A stretch of DNA of 64,000 bases from a virus: the IMG/VR virus record IMGVR_UViG_3300030002_000007, positions 17,479 to 81,478 of that record. One strand, 5' to 3'. This document shows, in pieces, positions 28,896-38,970 of the stretch (its first letter is position 1; every line of letters begins with the position of its first letter). The notes below the pieces were generated by a model, which worked only from the letters and a program-made list of their open reading frames with translations, was not told the DNA's origin and did not search any database. A program made the position numbers and the translations under genes.

Positions 28896-29453
28896 ATGAG
28901 CACATTGAATATCGTCAAACAATTGTTGAAGTCCCGCTCCCCAGTAATGAACAAGCTCGAGTCGTTGGCTGACCGTTGGTCGGAAGAGAAGCAGTACGAA
29001 GACATCAACGAGTACGCAGCTGCGATCAAAGCCGTGTTGCCGAAGAACATTAAGTTCATCAGCATCTCGAGTTCCCCGTTCGGGTTTACGTTTGCCGTCG
29101 AAGGTGACGTGTGGCGCGTGAAGTTCAATGCGTCGTCAGTCAGCGTCAAGTGCCTCAAGCAGGCAACTAGTGCCCAGCGTCGTACATCAGCATCGACCGC
29201 TACCAAGCCGGTGCGCTCGTCGCATAAGCAATTCACGCAGAAACAGTTGCACGAAGCGTTCGAGATGGTTCAGAACAAAAAGAACTGGAAAGGCGTCGTG
29301 CGTTGCACATTGCCAAACCCGGGTGAGTTGAACATTGAATGTGCTCGGCAGGCAATCGTTCACTTCACCGGCTCACTTCCAGAAGTTATCCTGCTCGGTG
29401 GTGACCGAGTTCGTTTTCGCGCAGCAGGCTACTACGCAACAATCGGTAGCTGA
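28896..29453 (+). CDS. hypothetical early protein
   Basis: RBS AGGAG. Confidence 0.7.
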   Translation: MSTLNIVKQLLKSRSPVMNKLESLADRWSEEKQYEDINEYAAAIKAVLPKNIKFISISSSPFGFTFAVEGDVWRVKFNASSVSVKCLKQATSAQRRTSASTATKPVRSSHKQFTQKQLHEAFEMVQNKKNWKGVVRCTLPNPGELNIECARQAIVHFTGSLPEVILLGGDRVRFRAAGYYATIGS

Positions 29454-29521
29454 GTTTTTCTTGTAGTTCATTTTCGTTTCAATCGTTCATTTTCCGTTCA
29501 TCACTTTATCAGGAGTTCCAA

Positions 29522-29815
29522 ATGAAAACCATCTCTATCAAATTCGCTCAAGCCAACCAACTCGTGACTGAGTCCTCCATCCTCAAGGCTTTCCAAGCCC
29601 AGCGTCGTGCCTACATGCAAGCCCTTGGTACGAAAGAGTTGCCGGTTGAAGACAAGCCGCTCACCAAGTACGCCATCCAGTGCTTCAAGGCGTTCAAAGC
29701 GAACCACAAGCTCTGTCAGTCGGCGCACGATCACAAGCGCCTTGCCAAGTTCTTCGCCGTGAAGACTGCCACCAAGGGCATCGAGTTCCTAAAGGCGCGC
29801 AAACTCGCAAAGTAA
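29522..29815 (+). CDS. small basic hypothetical protein
   Basis: RBS AGGAG. Confidence 0.7.
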   Translation: MKTISIKFAQANQLVTESSILKAFQAQRRAYMQALGTKELPVEDKPLTKYAIQCFKAFKANHKLCQSAHDHKRLAKFFAVKTATKGIEFLKARKLAK

Positions 29816-29832
29816 AACTGCCGTAACAAGGA

Positions 29833-29850
29833 AGGGGGCGAAAGCCCCCT
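29833..29850 (+). terminator. GC-rich GAAA-tetraloop hairpin (terminator or stabiliser)
   Basis: AGGGGGC-GAAA-GCCCCCT, no T tail. Confidence 0.4.
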
Positions 29851-29878
29851 GATCCCACGTTCTGAATTGGAGTTCGTC

Positions 29879-30172
29879 ATGTCTGAAAAAGTCGGCAAAG
29901 GTAATCCCGTCTCTATTCCCGTCGGCAGCATAGTTGAGGTTTTGCGCACCCCTCACACTGAGAAGGTCGTACCGAAGAGCATCTTTTCTTCTGTGTATGT
30001 CGTCAAGGCTGAAGCCATCAACAATCTTCACGATCCCGAGCATCACATCGCATACACCATTCACACTGATCTCACCGTGCGGTTGTTCTCCGGCGACCTG
30101 AAAGTGATGGAGCTGTGCACTAGTGCCGACCAGTTGTTGGCAGCCGCTGAAACAGACGGCTTCTCTTTTTAG
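29879..30172 (+). CDS. hypothetical protein
   Basis: RBS GGAG. Confidence 0.6.
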   Translation: MSEKVGKGNPVSIPVGSIVEVLRTPHTEKVVPKSIFSSVYVVKAEAINNLHDPEHHIAYTIHTDLTVRLFSGDLKVMELCTSADQLLAAAETDGFSF

Positions 30173-30185
30173 GGAGTTGTTCATC

Positions 30186-30413
30186 ATGGCACTCACACTC
30201 AAAGCAGTCAACGCAGAGATCACGAAGCGTGGCCTCAACCTTGAACTCTTCAAGGGGCAGGGTTACTTCTACTTCAGTGGCGATGCGTGTAACTTGCGGC
30301 AGAGTACGAGCGTCATGGTCAATAGCCTGAACCAGTTGACGCTTGAGCAGTGGGTTGAAGAAGCCGTCGAGATGGCCAAGCCCTCCAGCAGTTACATCCC
30401 AGTTAATGATTGA
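30186..30413 (+). CDS. hypothetical protein
   Basis: RBS GGGAG. Confidence 0.65.
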   Translation: MALTLKAVNAEITKRGLNLELFKGQGYFYFSGDACNLRQSTSVMVNSLNQLTLEQWVEEAVEMAKPSSSYIPVND

Positions 30414-30423
30414 GGAGTTTCTC

Positions 30424-30657
30424 ATGGAAGATACAACGCAAAGACCGCTTATCACCGCGAGTCAAGTCGAAGAAGTTGAAGCTCACAGGTTCATAGCTGA
30501 TGCGTCAGATCTGCAGTGGCCACCGGGGTACTTCCCCGAAGTATTGGACACCAGCCTCGGAAACAAGCTGCCGTTTTATCGTGTGTCGTTGACTGCGCAG
30601 GCTGCCAAGTACGAGCAGCACTCTGGTTGCATTTCGCTCACTGTATTGAACGACTAG
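30424..30657 (+). CDS. hypothetical protein
   Basis: RBS GAGGAG. Confidence 0.65.
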   Translation: MEDTTQRPLITASQVEEVEAHRFIADASDLQWPPGYFPEVLDTSLGNKLPFYRVSLTAQAAKYEQHSGCISLTVLND

Positions 30658-30666
30658 GAGTCGATC

Positions 30667-30987
30667 ATGTCAAAAACCAAACCCAAGTACTTGCAGGCTC
30701 TTCAAGAGCGGCAGCAAGCGATGATGTTGCACGTAGCCGACATTGTTGATCTGAAAAAGAAGAACCATCCCCAGCTGCGAGACGGTATCAAGAACAAGCC
30801 CGTCGAGTATTGGATGGGGTTGGCTGACGGAGTGAACGCCCTCTTTGAAGATGCTCTGCATAAGGCGAAGTGCTACAAGGGCTTCTCGTATGTCTACTTC
30901 GAGCATGGCGAGATGCATCGCGTGGCCACCGAAGATGTTCAACAGAACAAAGGGCGGTACCAAGAGTGGTGCCGTGAATATCACTGA
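30667..30987 (+). CDS. hypothetical protein
   Basis: RBS AGGAG. Confidence 0.65.
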   Translation: MSKTKPKYLQALQERQQAMMLHVADIVDLKKKNHPQLRDGIKNKPVEYWMGLADGVNALFEDALHKAKCYKGFSYVYFEHGEMHRVATEDVQQNKGRYQEWCREYH

Positions 30988-31001
30988 CAAGGAGTTTGAC
31001 A

Positions 31002-31310
31002 ATGAGCAAAGAATACCTTTTGGCACTGTGGCAGCGTGCTGATCGTTCCACTTGGTGGGCAGTTGCTTGCGGCATCGTGATGTGCTTCTACGGCATCTAC
31101 AACGAAAGCTTGGGTCTCATCTTCGTTCATGCCTTCGGGCTCTTCGGTTGGTTCTGTGTGCTCAACAGGGAAGCCCAAGTGTCCTTTCAGGAAGAGACCA
31201 TTGCTTTCCACCTGAAGTACATAGAGACCATACTCCCGCTGCTTCCGGAGTCAGTCAAAACCCAAACAGAAGAATTCTTCTTCGGAGAAGATCATGACGC
31301 ATCAAACTAA
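31002..31310 (+). CDS. small membrane protein
   Basis: Two hydrophobic segments. Confidence 0.65.
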   Translation: MSKEYLLALWQRADRSTWWAVACGIVMCFYGIYNESLGLIFVHAFGLFGWFCVLNREAQVSFQEETIAFHLKYIETILPLLPESVKTQTEEFFFGEDHDASN

Positions 31311-31773
31311 AGAGGACAGGGTCCGGGCCGTCTGCCTGACGTTCATCAATCGCGTGAAGTTCACGTGGAATGAAGTCGAAGCTGCTGTGCGTGCAGCCCA
31401 TCTAGGTGACGCTGGTGTCGATATTGCTAGCCGGGTCATTTTGTCATTTGCAGACGACCATGTGATCCTGCGTATTGGCGACGTGGTGCCGGGTGCCTAT
31501 GGTCCTCATCCCGCAGCGGTTTCCCCGTTGTTCATTGCATTGTGTTTTCGTCGTCAGCTCAAAGCGTACAACGAGCGCAAGAAGCTGCTCGAGTACATCG
31601 ACATTCCGCAAGCACGACTCGAGCTGTTTGCCCAGCGCAGATACGAGTCGTATCGGGCACACCTTGCTAAATGCACTACGCCCAGAGACGTCCACAAGCT
31701 GGTAGCCGCGCTTGCTGATCGGCTGGACCCGAATGGAGAAGACTTCCTTTCCATTCTCCACGACGCAGTTTAA
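31294..31773 (+). CDS. hypothetical protein
   Basis: Coupled ORF. Confidence 0.65.
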   Translation: MTHQTKEDRVRAVCLTFINRVKFTWNEVEAAVRAAHLGDAGVDIASRVILSFADDHVILRIGDVVPGAYGPHPAAVSPLFIALCFRRQLKAYNERKKLLEYIDIPQARLELFAQRRYESYRAHLAKCTTPRDVHKLVAALADRLDPNGEDFLSILHDAV

Positions 31774-31785
31774 CTGGAGATCATC

Positions 31786-32214
31786 ATGTTACGTACTTTG
31801 TATCAGTTGTACAATCGGCTTCCCTTGATCACTCGGTTCGCCTTGCTCTTCCATGTAGTGCTGCCTATGGTTCTGGTTTGGCGTTACTTAGCGAGTGGCA
31901 GTACCGGTTTCTCATACTTCGACTTCGAGTTCTTTTGGGCAATCAGTTTTACGGGGTGGCTTGCACATGCGCGCAGTTACATCAAGCTGCAAGTTGAGCG
32001 TGCTGGCTTTGACCCACTGGTCAAGTGTATTGAGTCGAGGATCTCTATCAATGGCGAAGCGGCTATCGTCGTGTGCTATGCTGATCCTGAGAACCCGTCA
32101 ATCAAGAACTTGAGGTTTGGATACCTCAACACTATCGACGAGGCCGAGGCGAAGGTAGTGCCAGAGGGCAGTGTCTCGAAAAAAGAGTTCCTGCGTTCTG
32201 TATATACCGACTAA
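31786..32214 (+). CDS. membrane protein
   Basis: Two TM-like segments. Confidence 0.65.
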   Translation: MLRTLYQLYNRLPLITRFALLFHVVLPMVLVWRYLASGSTGFSYFDFEFFWAISFTGWLAHARSYIKLQVERAGFDPLVKCIESRISINGEAAIVVCYADPENPSIKNLRFGYLNTIDEAEAKVVPEGSVSKKEFLRSVYTD

Positions 32215-32232
32215 GAGAAGGAAGAGAACATC

Positions 32233-32661
32233 ATGTCGATCCGACTTTCTGATTTGCGTGCCGTCGCCGATAACAACAACACCAATTGCATGACCTTTAA
32301 TCCTGCGAAGTTTGAAAAGGCATTCCGTCAACCCGATGAAGGCACCAAGGGTTTTGAGCGTCGGGTCGCCACTGAGCTCGAGCCTTACAACCTGTGCGTG
32401 TGTTTCGGCAATAATGCAACCCTCGTCGTTGCCGATTCTGATTTCCACCCCGTGAGCTTGGAACGCAGGCTTGAAGTGCCTTTGGTCTTCGAAGACGAGC
32501 TGATTCGTATCGTGGAACAAGATGGCGTCAGGTTCAAAGAAGACGATGCCGGTTGGTTCTGGTTGTATAAGGGCCGCACCTACAGTAGTGAACCTGCCAA
32601 TACGAAAGCTGCTGCAGCTCGAGCAGCCCACGATTACTTGATCGCTAATCACTACCTATGA
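32233..32661 (+). CDS. hypothetical protein
   Basis: RBS. Confidence 0.65.
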   Translation: MSIRLSDLRAVADNNNTNCMTFNPAKFEKAFRQPDEGTKGFERRVATELEPYNLCVCFGNNATLVVADSDFHPVSLERRLEVPLVFEDELIRIVEQDGVRFKEDDAGWFWLYKGRTYSSEPANTKAAAARAAHDYLIANHYL

Positions 32662-32893
32662 CCTACCATATCGTGCTAGTCGCAATGGCATTGATAGTGC
32701 TGTGGGTCTGAAAATGATCTCGCAATATCTGCCTGAAGACCTGCTCGAGTTGGAGCGTCAGTTCAGCCCTTCGTTTTATCAAGCCGCCCTTGAAGAGCTC
32801 AAGCCGTTTTACGCTCAGCAGGATTGTGAATACGTGGCGTGGATAGATTTCCTCGACGCCTTCCCTATGTACCTGAACCTATAGGAGTGAGTC

Positions 32894-33145
32894 ATGTTAG
32901 ATCAGAAGACGGCACGAACATTCGTGTTTTGGGCAATCGTAATCTTCAGCACGCTCAGTTGGTTGCATTACGTAGCGACGCGCAGGTTCCTTCCTGCCGG
33001 TCATCCATGGAAGGATCGCCGGCGTACTCTGGTGGAATGGGCTACGCATTCAACACCCCTAATGCACCAAATCAATTTGTGTTTCTGGCTATGTACCAGC
33101 ATCGCGGTTGAGTTGATTGTAGTTGTGGTGAGGCACGTACCGTGA
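32894..33145 (+). CDS. small membrane protein
   Basis: Hydrophobic segments, RBS. Confidence 0.55.
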   Translation: MLDQKTARTFVFWAIVIFSTLSWLHYVATRRFLPAGHPWKDRRRTLVEWATHSTPLMHQINLCFWLCTSIAVELIVVVVRHVP

Positions 33146-33480
33146 ACGCCGGCAAGCCAAAGGGCGACGTAAGAGTCACCGGAATTATCGCCACTGGGGA
33201 TCCCAACAAGATCAGTGTGACCGCAACGATAGAGTGTATGGATTCTGAAGGCACGAAGTTCTCTTTCAGCGCGTGTTACTTCGTCAATGAACTCAGTCCG
33301 TACAATCCCAAGCAGGTGATGCCGTTTGGCGATTGGCGGACGGCACGAGAGGAGTTCATCAAAAACCATCCCAAGCGTTGGTACGTAAAGGACGATGCGT
33401 ATAGACGAGAGTTTCTCATTCACGCGTACATGAAGGGCACCCCGTTCGATCAGGTGCCCGGATTGGAGAAAGGAAAATAG
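33142..33480 (+). CDS. hypothetical protein
   Basis: Coupled ORF. Confidence 0.6.
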   Translation: MNAGKPKGDVRVTGIIATGDPNKISVTATIECMDSEGTKFSFSACYFVNELSPYNPKQVMPFGDWRTAREEFIKNHPKRWYVKDDAYRREFLIHAYMKGTPFDQVPGLEKGK

Positions 33481-33481
33481 C

Positions 33482-33742
33482 ATGGCTCGCACTAAGACCA
33501 AAGATCAACTGATCCTAGCCCTGATCCGTAAGCTCAACGCGGACTCAAGGTATGACAAGTACGCAGATGGTAAGCACTGCTATCGAAATCTTACTCGAGC
33601 TTCTGTTCAAAAGGATTTCGGTGTTGACCTTAACGAACTGTGGAAGATGCCTTCTGCTGATCGCGCTTGGATTGACAAGTCTGTATCGTCCTCTCCCGCT
33701 CACTATCAGATCGGCTACCGTTTCGGCCGAGTCATACACTAA
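33482..33742 (+). CDS. hypothetical protein
   Basis: Coupled ORF. Confidence 0.6.
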   Translation: MARTKTKDQLILALIRKLNADSRYDKYADGKHCYRNLTRASVQKDFGVDLNELWKMPSADRAWIDKSVSSSPAHYQIGYRFGRVIH

Positions 33743-33752
33743 GGAGAATAGC

Positions 33753-34004
33753 ATGGCAACAGTAACGTATCACATCAAGACTGTTTATTACGCCCACAAC
33801 AAATCAGTTGTGAAGATTAACCATGCGGGGCATGCAAATAGTGCCGTCCCTCGTTGCGTGTACCACATGCAGTTGAACAGGTATGAGGCAACAGTGGCGG
33901 AAGTGTTTGATGACGCCTCTGGCGTTCTTCATGCGGTCATCACCCGCTCGGTAAACGGTGACATAAAGATCATATTCAAACGTACTGTCGAAGAAGGGAT
34001 GTGA
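33753..34004 (+). CDS. hypothetical protein
   Basis: RBS AAGGAG. Confidence 0.65.
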   Translation: MATVTYHIKTVYYAHNKSVVKINHAGHANSAVPRCVYHMQLNRYEATVAEVFDDASGVLHAVITRSVNGDIKIIFKRTVEEGM

Positions 34005-34005
34005 C

Positions 34006-34452
34006 ATGAGAACCACAGCAAGCAGAGAAGAACAATTAGTTCGTGCGTCTAAGTTGCGCGCGTTGATTATTGGCTACCTCAATACCAATGCACAGACCAT
34101 GGCGGTGACTCGTAGTGACATGGTTGCTGATTTATCAGATCAACTGAAAGAGCTCGGTTACAAAGAGTCGGCCGTAGACAATTTCTTGTACGTCATGTCC
34201 AAGGACCTGCTTATCGGCAAGGCTGCCAAGCAGGGGACTAAGGTTACCTACTGTTCAAAAGACAGTAGCCTAGCCACAAACATCCCATATCGCAAGAAGG
34301 CAAAAGACCGAGACGCCAGCACTGCAGTCGTAGTAACAAAGAAGTCCAAGTCTTCAAGGGTTCCGGAAATCTCTCTTGACTACGTGAAAAGTTCCAATCG
34401 TGTCCGCTTGACGATCAACGGTCTTGTTATCGAGATCGGCGTTGTTGATTAG
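34006..34452 (+). CDS. hypothetical protein (possible wHTH)
   Basis: Basic, helical N-terminus. Confidence 0.6.
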   Translation: MRTTASREEQLVRASKLRALIIGYLNTNAQTMAVTRSDMVADLSDQLKELGYKESAVDNFLYVMSKDLLIGKAAKQGTKVTYCSKDSSLATNIPYRKKAKDRDASTAVVVTKKSKSSRVPEISLDYVKSSNRVRLTINGLVIEIGVVD

Positions 34453-34474
34453 TTGTGACTATAAGGAGATTAGC

Positions 34475-34846
34475 ATGGCCTACGTTACTGGACCGATAAG
34501 CACTTTGCCCGGTCACCACTCGAAGTCCCCAGACGGTGAAGTTTGCGATCACCATCCTGATCGACCTGCCATCCATAGGGTGCAGGGAGAGACCGACTCG
34601 TTCGGCTGCGAGGGTGCTGATTACTGCCAAGAGTGCTACGACAAACAAGAGGCGGAAGTTGCCAAGCACAAAGCTGAGGCTGCCACTGGTATGTGCGAGT
34701 GGTGCAAGAACCACGCGACCGACCTGAAGAAGCACCGGGACTTTGAAGAAGGTGCATCCGGCCGAGTTTACGATGTGTGCTTAGCTTGCCGCAGACGCGA
34801 GTCCGAGGCGCTTGCAGCCGAGCACGACGATAACGATTACTACTGA
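34475..34846 (+). CDS. Cys-rich (Zn-finger) hypothetical protein
   Basis: CDHH, QGETDSFGCE, CQEC, CEWC, CLAC. Confidence 0.7.
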   Translation: MAYVTGPISTLPGHHSKSPDGEVCDHHPDRPAIHRVQGETDSFGCEGADYCQECYDKQEAEVAKHKAEAATGMCEWCKNHATDLKKHRDFEEGASGRVYDVCLACRRRESEALAAEHDDNDYY

Positions 34847-34857
34847 AAGGAAGTGAA

Positions 34858-35307
34858 ATGAGAAAGACGATCATCCTGAATATCAAAAACGACCAAGCCA
34901 TACTCAAGCCTGTGTGCTATGGCTGCGGTTACTTGGTTGCCGGATCAACGGCCTTCTACAAGTGCCATGTCGCAGGTAGCTGTCCTGCAGTTGCTGCACC
35001 CAAAGCCAAAGCACCACTAGGGAAGGTTTCCTTGGTCGACGCCAAAAGCAAAAGCAAACCTGCAATCTCGTACCCGATCGGTGCTGTAGTCATCATCACC
35101 AAGAAGGGTCGGGATGCAAACGACGGGAAGCCTGAAGTGATAACGGGTGTGACGTTCAACACCAACGGAAACTATTTGATGTATTCCGTTGGATGTTGCT
35201 CATGGTTCACCCATAAAGATTTTGAGTACCAATGTGGGCCCACCAAGAAGAGCCTGAAGCGCGTCGCCCAACTCCTGCACGAAGAAGAGGACACTGACGA
35301 AGAATAG
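34858..35307 (+). CDS. hypothetical protein
   Basis: RBS, CxxC. Confidence 0.6.
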   Translation: MRKTIILNIKNDQAILKPVCYGCGYLVAGSTAFYKCHVAGSCPAVAAPKAKAPLGKVSLVDAKSKSKPAISYPIGAVVIITKKGRDANDGKPEVITGVTFNTNGNYLMYSVGCCSWFTHKDFEYQCGPTKKSLKRVAQLLHEEEDTDEE

Positions 35308-35370
35308 TAGCAAGTCGCTAATCAACAAACCCTACCATTCACCATTCACCACTCAAACAAAGGAATAGCC

Positions 35371-35994
35371 ATGAACGCCAAGAAGTTTCGTAAAGCCGTA
35401 CTGAGTATCCTCACCTCCGACTCTGATCGTTGTGCTTTGTTCAACGGGAATGATACCAAGTTCAAAAACACAACGGACAAGCAGATACTCGAGATGATGG
35501 ATAACGGACTATCAACACTGTTCTCTTTCACGCCGGCTCGGTTACCTATCCCGAAGAATGAAGGCTTCCGCACCGGGATGGTTTCTCCCAAAGCAGACAA
35601 AGACCCGGTCATCAACTGCGCCGGCCCTGATCGCACGTTGCTGTTTCAGGCATTACCTAATGCCGTGATCCACCAGCACGCAGACTTCTTCATCCGGTGC
35701 CTTCCTCCTCGCGAACTTAAAGAACTTGAGCTTGAAGGCATCGCGGTCTTCAGCAAGAATAAGCCGGAGCAGCGTGCGAAGATGGTCGGTCGCGTCGTAG
35801 TCATGCCGCTTCAGGTCGGCTATGTGCAACCTCTTCTATCCTCCCTCTCGCCTAAAGGAATCCTGCTCGGCAAGTACCTTGAAGAGTGCTCTCGTAACCG
35901 CCCAGCCTTGCAGGCTATGTGGCAGGCTGCATACACCGAGATCCTCAATGCATACTACGCTAGCCTTAGTGGGCGTCACGATGACGAAGAATGA
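35371..35994 (+). CDS. hypothetical protein
   Basis: RBS AAGGA. Confidence 0.65.
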   Translation: MNAKKFRKAVLSILTSDSDRCALFNGNDTKFKNTTDKQILEMMDNGLSTLFSFTPARLPIPKNEGFRTGMVSPKADKDPVINCAGPDRTLLFQALPNAVIHQHADFFIRCLPPRELKELELEGIAVFSKNKPEQRAKMVGRVVVMPLQVGYVQPLLSSLSPKGILLGKYLEECSRNRPALQAMWQAAYTEILNAYYASLSGRHDDEE

Positions 35995-36436
35995 AGTGTT
36001 CTTCAACTTGGTATCAAACGGGTTGGCGCGTGAGACATTCACATCCATCGATTTTGAATTCGTGATCGACATCTCCTCTATTCGGGAGATCGTGGTTGCC
36101 AATCCTAAGCGCTGGCCCGTAACTCGCGTGCTTCTCAATCCGCAGGTGGTTGACTTCGTCAGCTCGAAGCGCGAGATCGATGCAGACAGGATGAAGACCC
36201 TGACTCGGGCGCAGCTGGAAGACTTTGGATTCGTCGCTACGTTTCCAGACGGCAAGGACGGCGTGTGCCCGATTGATGGTCACCACCGAATGATGCGCAG
36301 GTACGAGATAGGGCTTCCGTTCATGGATGTGTATTTGATTCCGTGGATGGATCTGCCACAAGCCGATCCAAATCGCCCCACTGTCTCATGGGGCAACAAG
36401 CAGGTAAATCGCGAAACTGGTGACTGGGACGACTAG
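35981..36436 (+). CDS. ParB/Srx-like domain protein
   Basis: PIDGHHR motif. Confidence 0.55.
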   Translation: MTKNEVFFNLVSNGLARETFTSIDFEFVIDISSIREIVVANPKRWPVTRVLLNPQVVDFVSSKREIDADRMKTLTRAQLEDFGFVATFPDGKDGVCPIDGHHRMMRRYEIGLPFMDVYLIPWMDLPQADPNRPTVSWGNKQVNRETGDWDD

Positions 36437-36446
36437 AACACGAAAC

Positions 36447-36475
36447 TAGACAGAAACGGCCAGTTGTGATATACT
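36447..36475 (+). promoter_or_regulatory. sigma70 promoter
   Basis: TAGACA-17-TATACT with extended -10 TG. Confidence 0.65.
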
Positions 36476-36506
36476 GTAGTTGTGAAACAATCAAATGGAG
36501 GCAAAA

Positions 36507-36845
36507 ATGAAGCGATTAACCCCCAAAATACAGACATCTACAACTGAGCTGTTTTCGGTTCAGAGAAACCTTGCAAGACTTCGCGCACAGGTTCGAGTAT
36601 TGGAAGGGATTGAAACGGAGTTGGTTGAAAAGCTTACTCCAGTGTATGCCGCCACGAAAGCCCCACAAGGCATGGCTGAGATCGACGTTCTGATTGCCGG
36701 TATGAACTATACTGTAAAATACAGACATGCAGAACGACGAATCGCAGACATGGTTAAAGTCGGTAAAGTGTTCGCATCCCTAGGTAAACGAGTGCCGACG
36801 AAAAACATCAGTATCGACACTCTGAAAGTCGTCAAGAGCGCGTAG
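36507..36845 (+). CDS. hypothetical protein
   Basis: RBS GGAGG. Confidence 0.65.
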   Translation: MKRLTPKIQTSTTELFSVQRNLARLRAQVRVLEGIETELVEKLTPVYAATKAPQGMAEIDVLIAGMNYTVKYRHAERRIADMVKVGKVFASLGKRVPTKNISIDTLKVVKSA

Positions 36846-36919
36846 TCGTACAAATCACAATTTGACCGCAGTTAGGTCGTTCCTGTTTTTAACGTAGTTC
36901 ACTCTCAAGGAGTTTCACC

Positions 36920-37660
36920 ATGGTAGTCAAAAAGCCCCTCGCAAAGAAGCCGCTGATCGATCAGGCCAAGAAGGCCGTCGCGAAGATCGGCACGAAGACA
37001 GCAGCAGCCCCAGTCAAGAAAGGTGCGTTCGGTCGTCCGGTAGTTGCAGGTGCTGCAAAGAAGGCTCCAGTGCGGAAGGCCGCTCCCGCAAAGCGCAAGC
37101 CAGTTCTGTTTGCAGCGCCGGCTGACTTCAAGCCCCACTTCCTGTTGATCGAAGTCCATTCGGAAAAAGACGGACTGATCGGCGGCAACGTTGGTGCCGT
37201 TCGCTACATGGGTCGTTTCGACCCTGCTGCAGACGACAAGAAAAAGTCGAACATGGCCGAATACGACCAAGACACGTTGCGCGGCATTGCAGCACGGCTC
37301 GCAGCTATCACGTTCAAGACCAACGCTGATCGCGTCTTCTCAGCAGATCCGTCCGAACGTGAAGGTGTGCGCGGTGCACATCGCCTTCCGCGTTCGACAG
37401 TGTTTCACGTCCTGGTTCGTGTTGGCAGTCGCAAGGCCGACGGCAGCATCATGTGTCCCGTTCGTGCAATCTATCAACGCGTGCAGAAGAAATCGACCAA
37501 GACCGGCAAGGTCGTCAGCAAGTCCGTGGCTTTGACGAAGACCGATCCAGTTTCACGTATGTTGCGTCGCGTCGGCCGTATTCTTCCGGCGGCGTTCAAG
37601 AATGTCCTCATGCCTCCGAAGAAGACCCGTGGCAGTCGTAAGGAAGAAGCCGAAGAATGA
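36920..37660 (+). CDS. basic protein with Lys/Ala/Pro-rich histone-H1-like N-terminus
   Basis: KKP/AAKK repeats, RBS AAGGAG. Confidence 0.7.
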   Translation: MVVKKPLAKKPLIDQAKKAVAKIGTKTAAAPVKKGAFGRPVVAGAAKKAPVRKAAPAKRKPVLFAAPADFKPHFLLIEVHSEKDGLIGGNVGAVRYMGRFDPAADDKKKSNMAEYDQDTLRGIAARLAAITFKTNADRVFSADPSEREGVRGAHRLPRSTVFHVLVRVGSRKADGSIMCPVRAIYQRVQKKSTKTGKVVSKSVALTKTDPVSRMLRRVGRILPAAFKNVLMPPKKTRGSRKEEAEE

Positions 37661-37780
37661 GTTTTCGGTAGTTCGTAGTACAGCAGCGACCCAACTTGTA
37701 AATAGCCCGTAGTTGTGAGCTATTCTGCTAGACGGGTCGCTTATCTTTTAGTGTCCCAATCACAGAAGATGGAGTAGAAC

Positions 37781-38086
37781 ATGGCCGTGAAGAAAGCAAC
37801 TGTTGTAAATACGAAGCGTAACAACAAGGCAGTAGAAGAGCAGCTGGAGATTCCCTCGGTCGTAGCACGACTCGAAGCCGCTGTTTTGCAGTTGAAGAGA
37901 ACGTTAGCTGAACTGTCTTCTCGCTTGACTCCAGTCACAGCAAGTGATTTCGAGTTCGGAAGTGAGGAAGTCCCTGAGGGGGATAGCTGCGAGACACCAC
38001 TCGGCCAGCAGTTGGAAGATGTTGTTGCAGACATAACCGCACAGGAGGAATTCATCAGGGCGCAGATCGAAGCATTGCGCATCTGA
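37781..38086 (+). CDS. coiled-coil hypothetical protein
   Basis: RBS GGAG. Confidence 0.6.
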   Translation: MAVKKATVVNTKRNNKAVEEQLEIPSVVARLEAAVLQLKRTLAELSSRLTPVTASDFEFGSEEVPEGDSCETPLGQQLEDVVADITAQEEFIRAQIEALRI

Positions 38087-38213
38087 AGAAACAAAACTGT
38101 AAATATTTGTTGTAGCAGCAAAATGTTTCACCACGTAGTACTGCAGTAGTACGAGTTAATGATTGCGCTCGCCATAAAGACAATCTGTTATCTATCACAA
38201 GGAATCAAGCAAA

Positions 38214-38885
38214 ATGATCGCAAAGAAAAAAGCCCCAGCCAACAAGCCCGCCGCCAAGAAGCCTGTTGCTCGCGTTGTTGCCAAAGCGCCGGGCAAGACC
38301 AAGCGTCGCGTGGTTGAAGTTGAAGAGGACGAGGATGAAGTCGAAGCCGAAGAGTCCTCCAGCCAATGCGTCCTTCTGAACTACGTTGCTCAAATCACCG
38401 GCAAGAAGATCATCCCCTCCGACGTCGGCTACACGGTTGACGGCGAACTGATCCTCAAGGCCCAAGTCGTTGCAGTCGTCGGCAAGACGATCTTCTATCG
38501 CACTTCCGTCAACCTTGGCGAGATGGGCGAAGTCCAGTTGATCAAGGGCATGACCTGCATCGATACGGAAGAAGGCAAGCTGGTGGTGTTTGATCCGTCG
38601 GCCATCACGATCGTGACCCTCAATGCCGGCGCCGGTGCCGAAGAAGAAGCCGAGGACGAAGATGAAGTCCCCGACGAGGACGAAGATGAAGATGAAGCTC
38701 CTGCTCCGAAGAAGAAAAAGGGCAAGAAGGTAGTCGAGGAAGAAGATGACGACGAAGTCCCGGAAGATGACGACGAAGTCCCGGATGACGACGAGGACGA
38801 CGAAGTCGAAGTCCCGAAGAAGAAAAAGGGCAAGAAGGTTGTTGAAGAAGATGACGACGAAGGTGACGACGACTTCTCCTTCTGA
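38214..38885 (+). CDS. low-complexity protein with basic N-terminus and repeated acidic/KKKKGKK tail
   Basis: DNA direct repeats encoding PKKKKGKKVVEE twice and DDDEVP. Confidence 0.75.
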   Translation: MIAKKKAPANKPAAKKPVARVVAKAPGKTKRRVVEVEEDEDEVEAEESSSQCVLLNYVAQITGKKIIPSDVGYTVDGELILKAQVVAVVGKTIFYRTSVNLGEMGEVQLIKGMTCIDTEEGKLVVFDPSAITIVTLNAGAGAEEEAEDEDEVPDEDEDEDEAPAPKKKKGKKVVEEEDDDEVPEDDDEVPDDDEDDEVEVPKKKKGKKVVEEDDDEGDDDFSF

Positions 38886-38917
38886 GCGTCAAGGTTGACA
38901 GGTAATTGATACTGAAC

Positions 38918-38944
38918 GGGAGGGGCATTTTGCCCTTCCCATTC
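38918..38944 (+). terminator. probable terminator
   Basis: GGGAGGGGCA-TTT-TGCCCTTCCC hairpin. Confidence 0.5.
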
Positions 38945-38970
38945 TAGCATCAGAAATAGGAGAATGTGTT

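Noticed and set aside
38640-38880. Direct repeats that might be a CRISPR array
   Set aside because: In-frame coding repeats with no constant repeat/unique spacer period and no cas genes.
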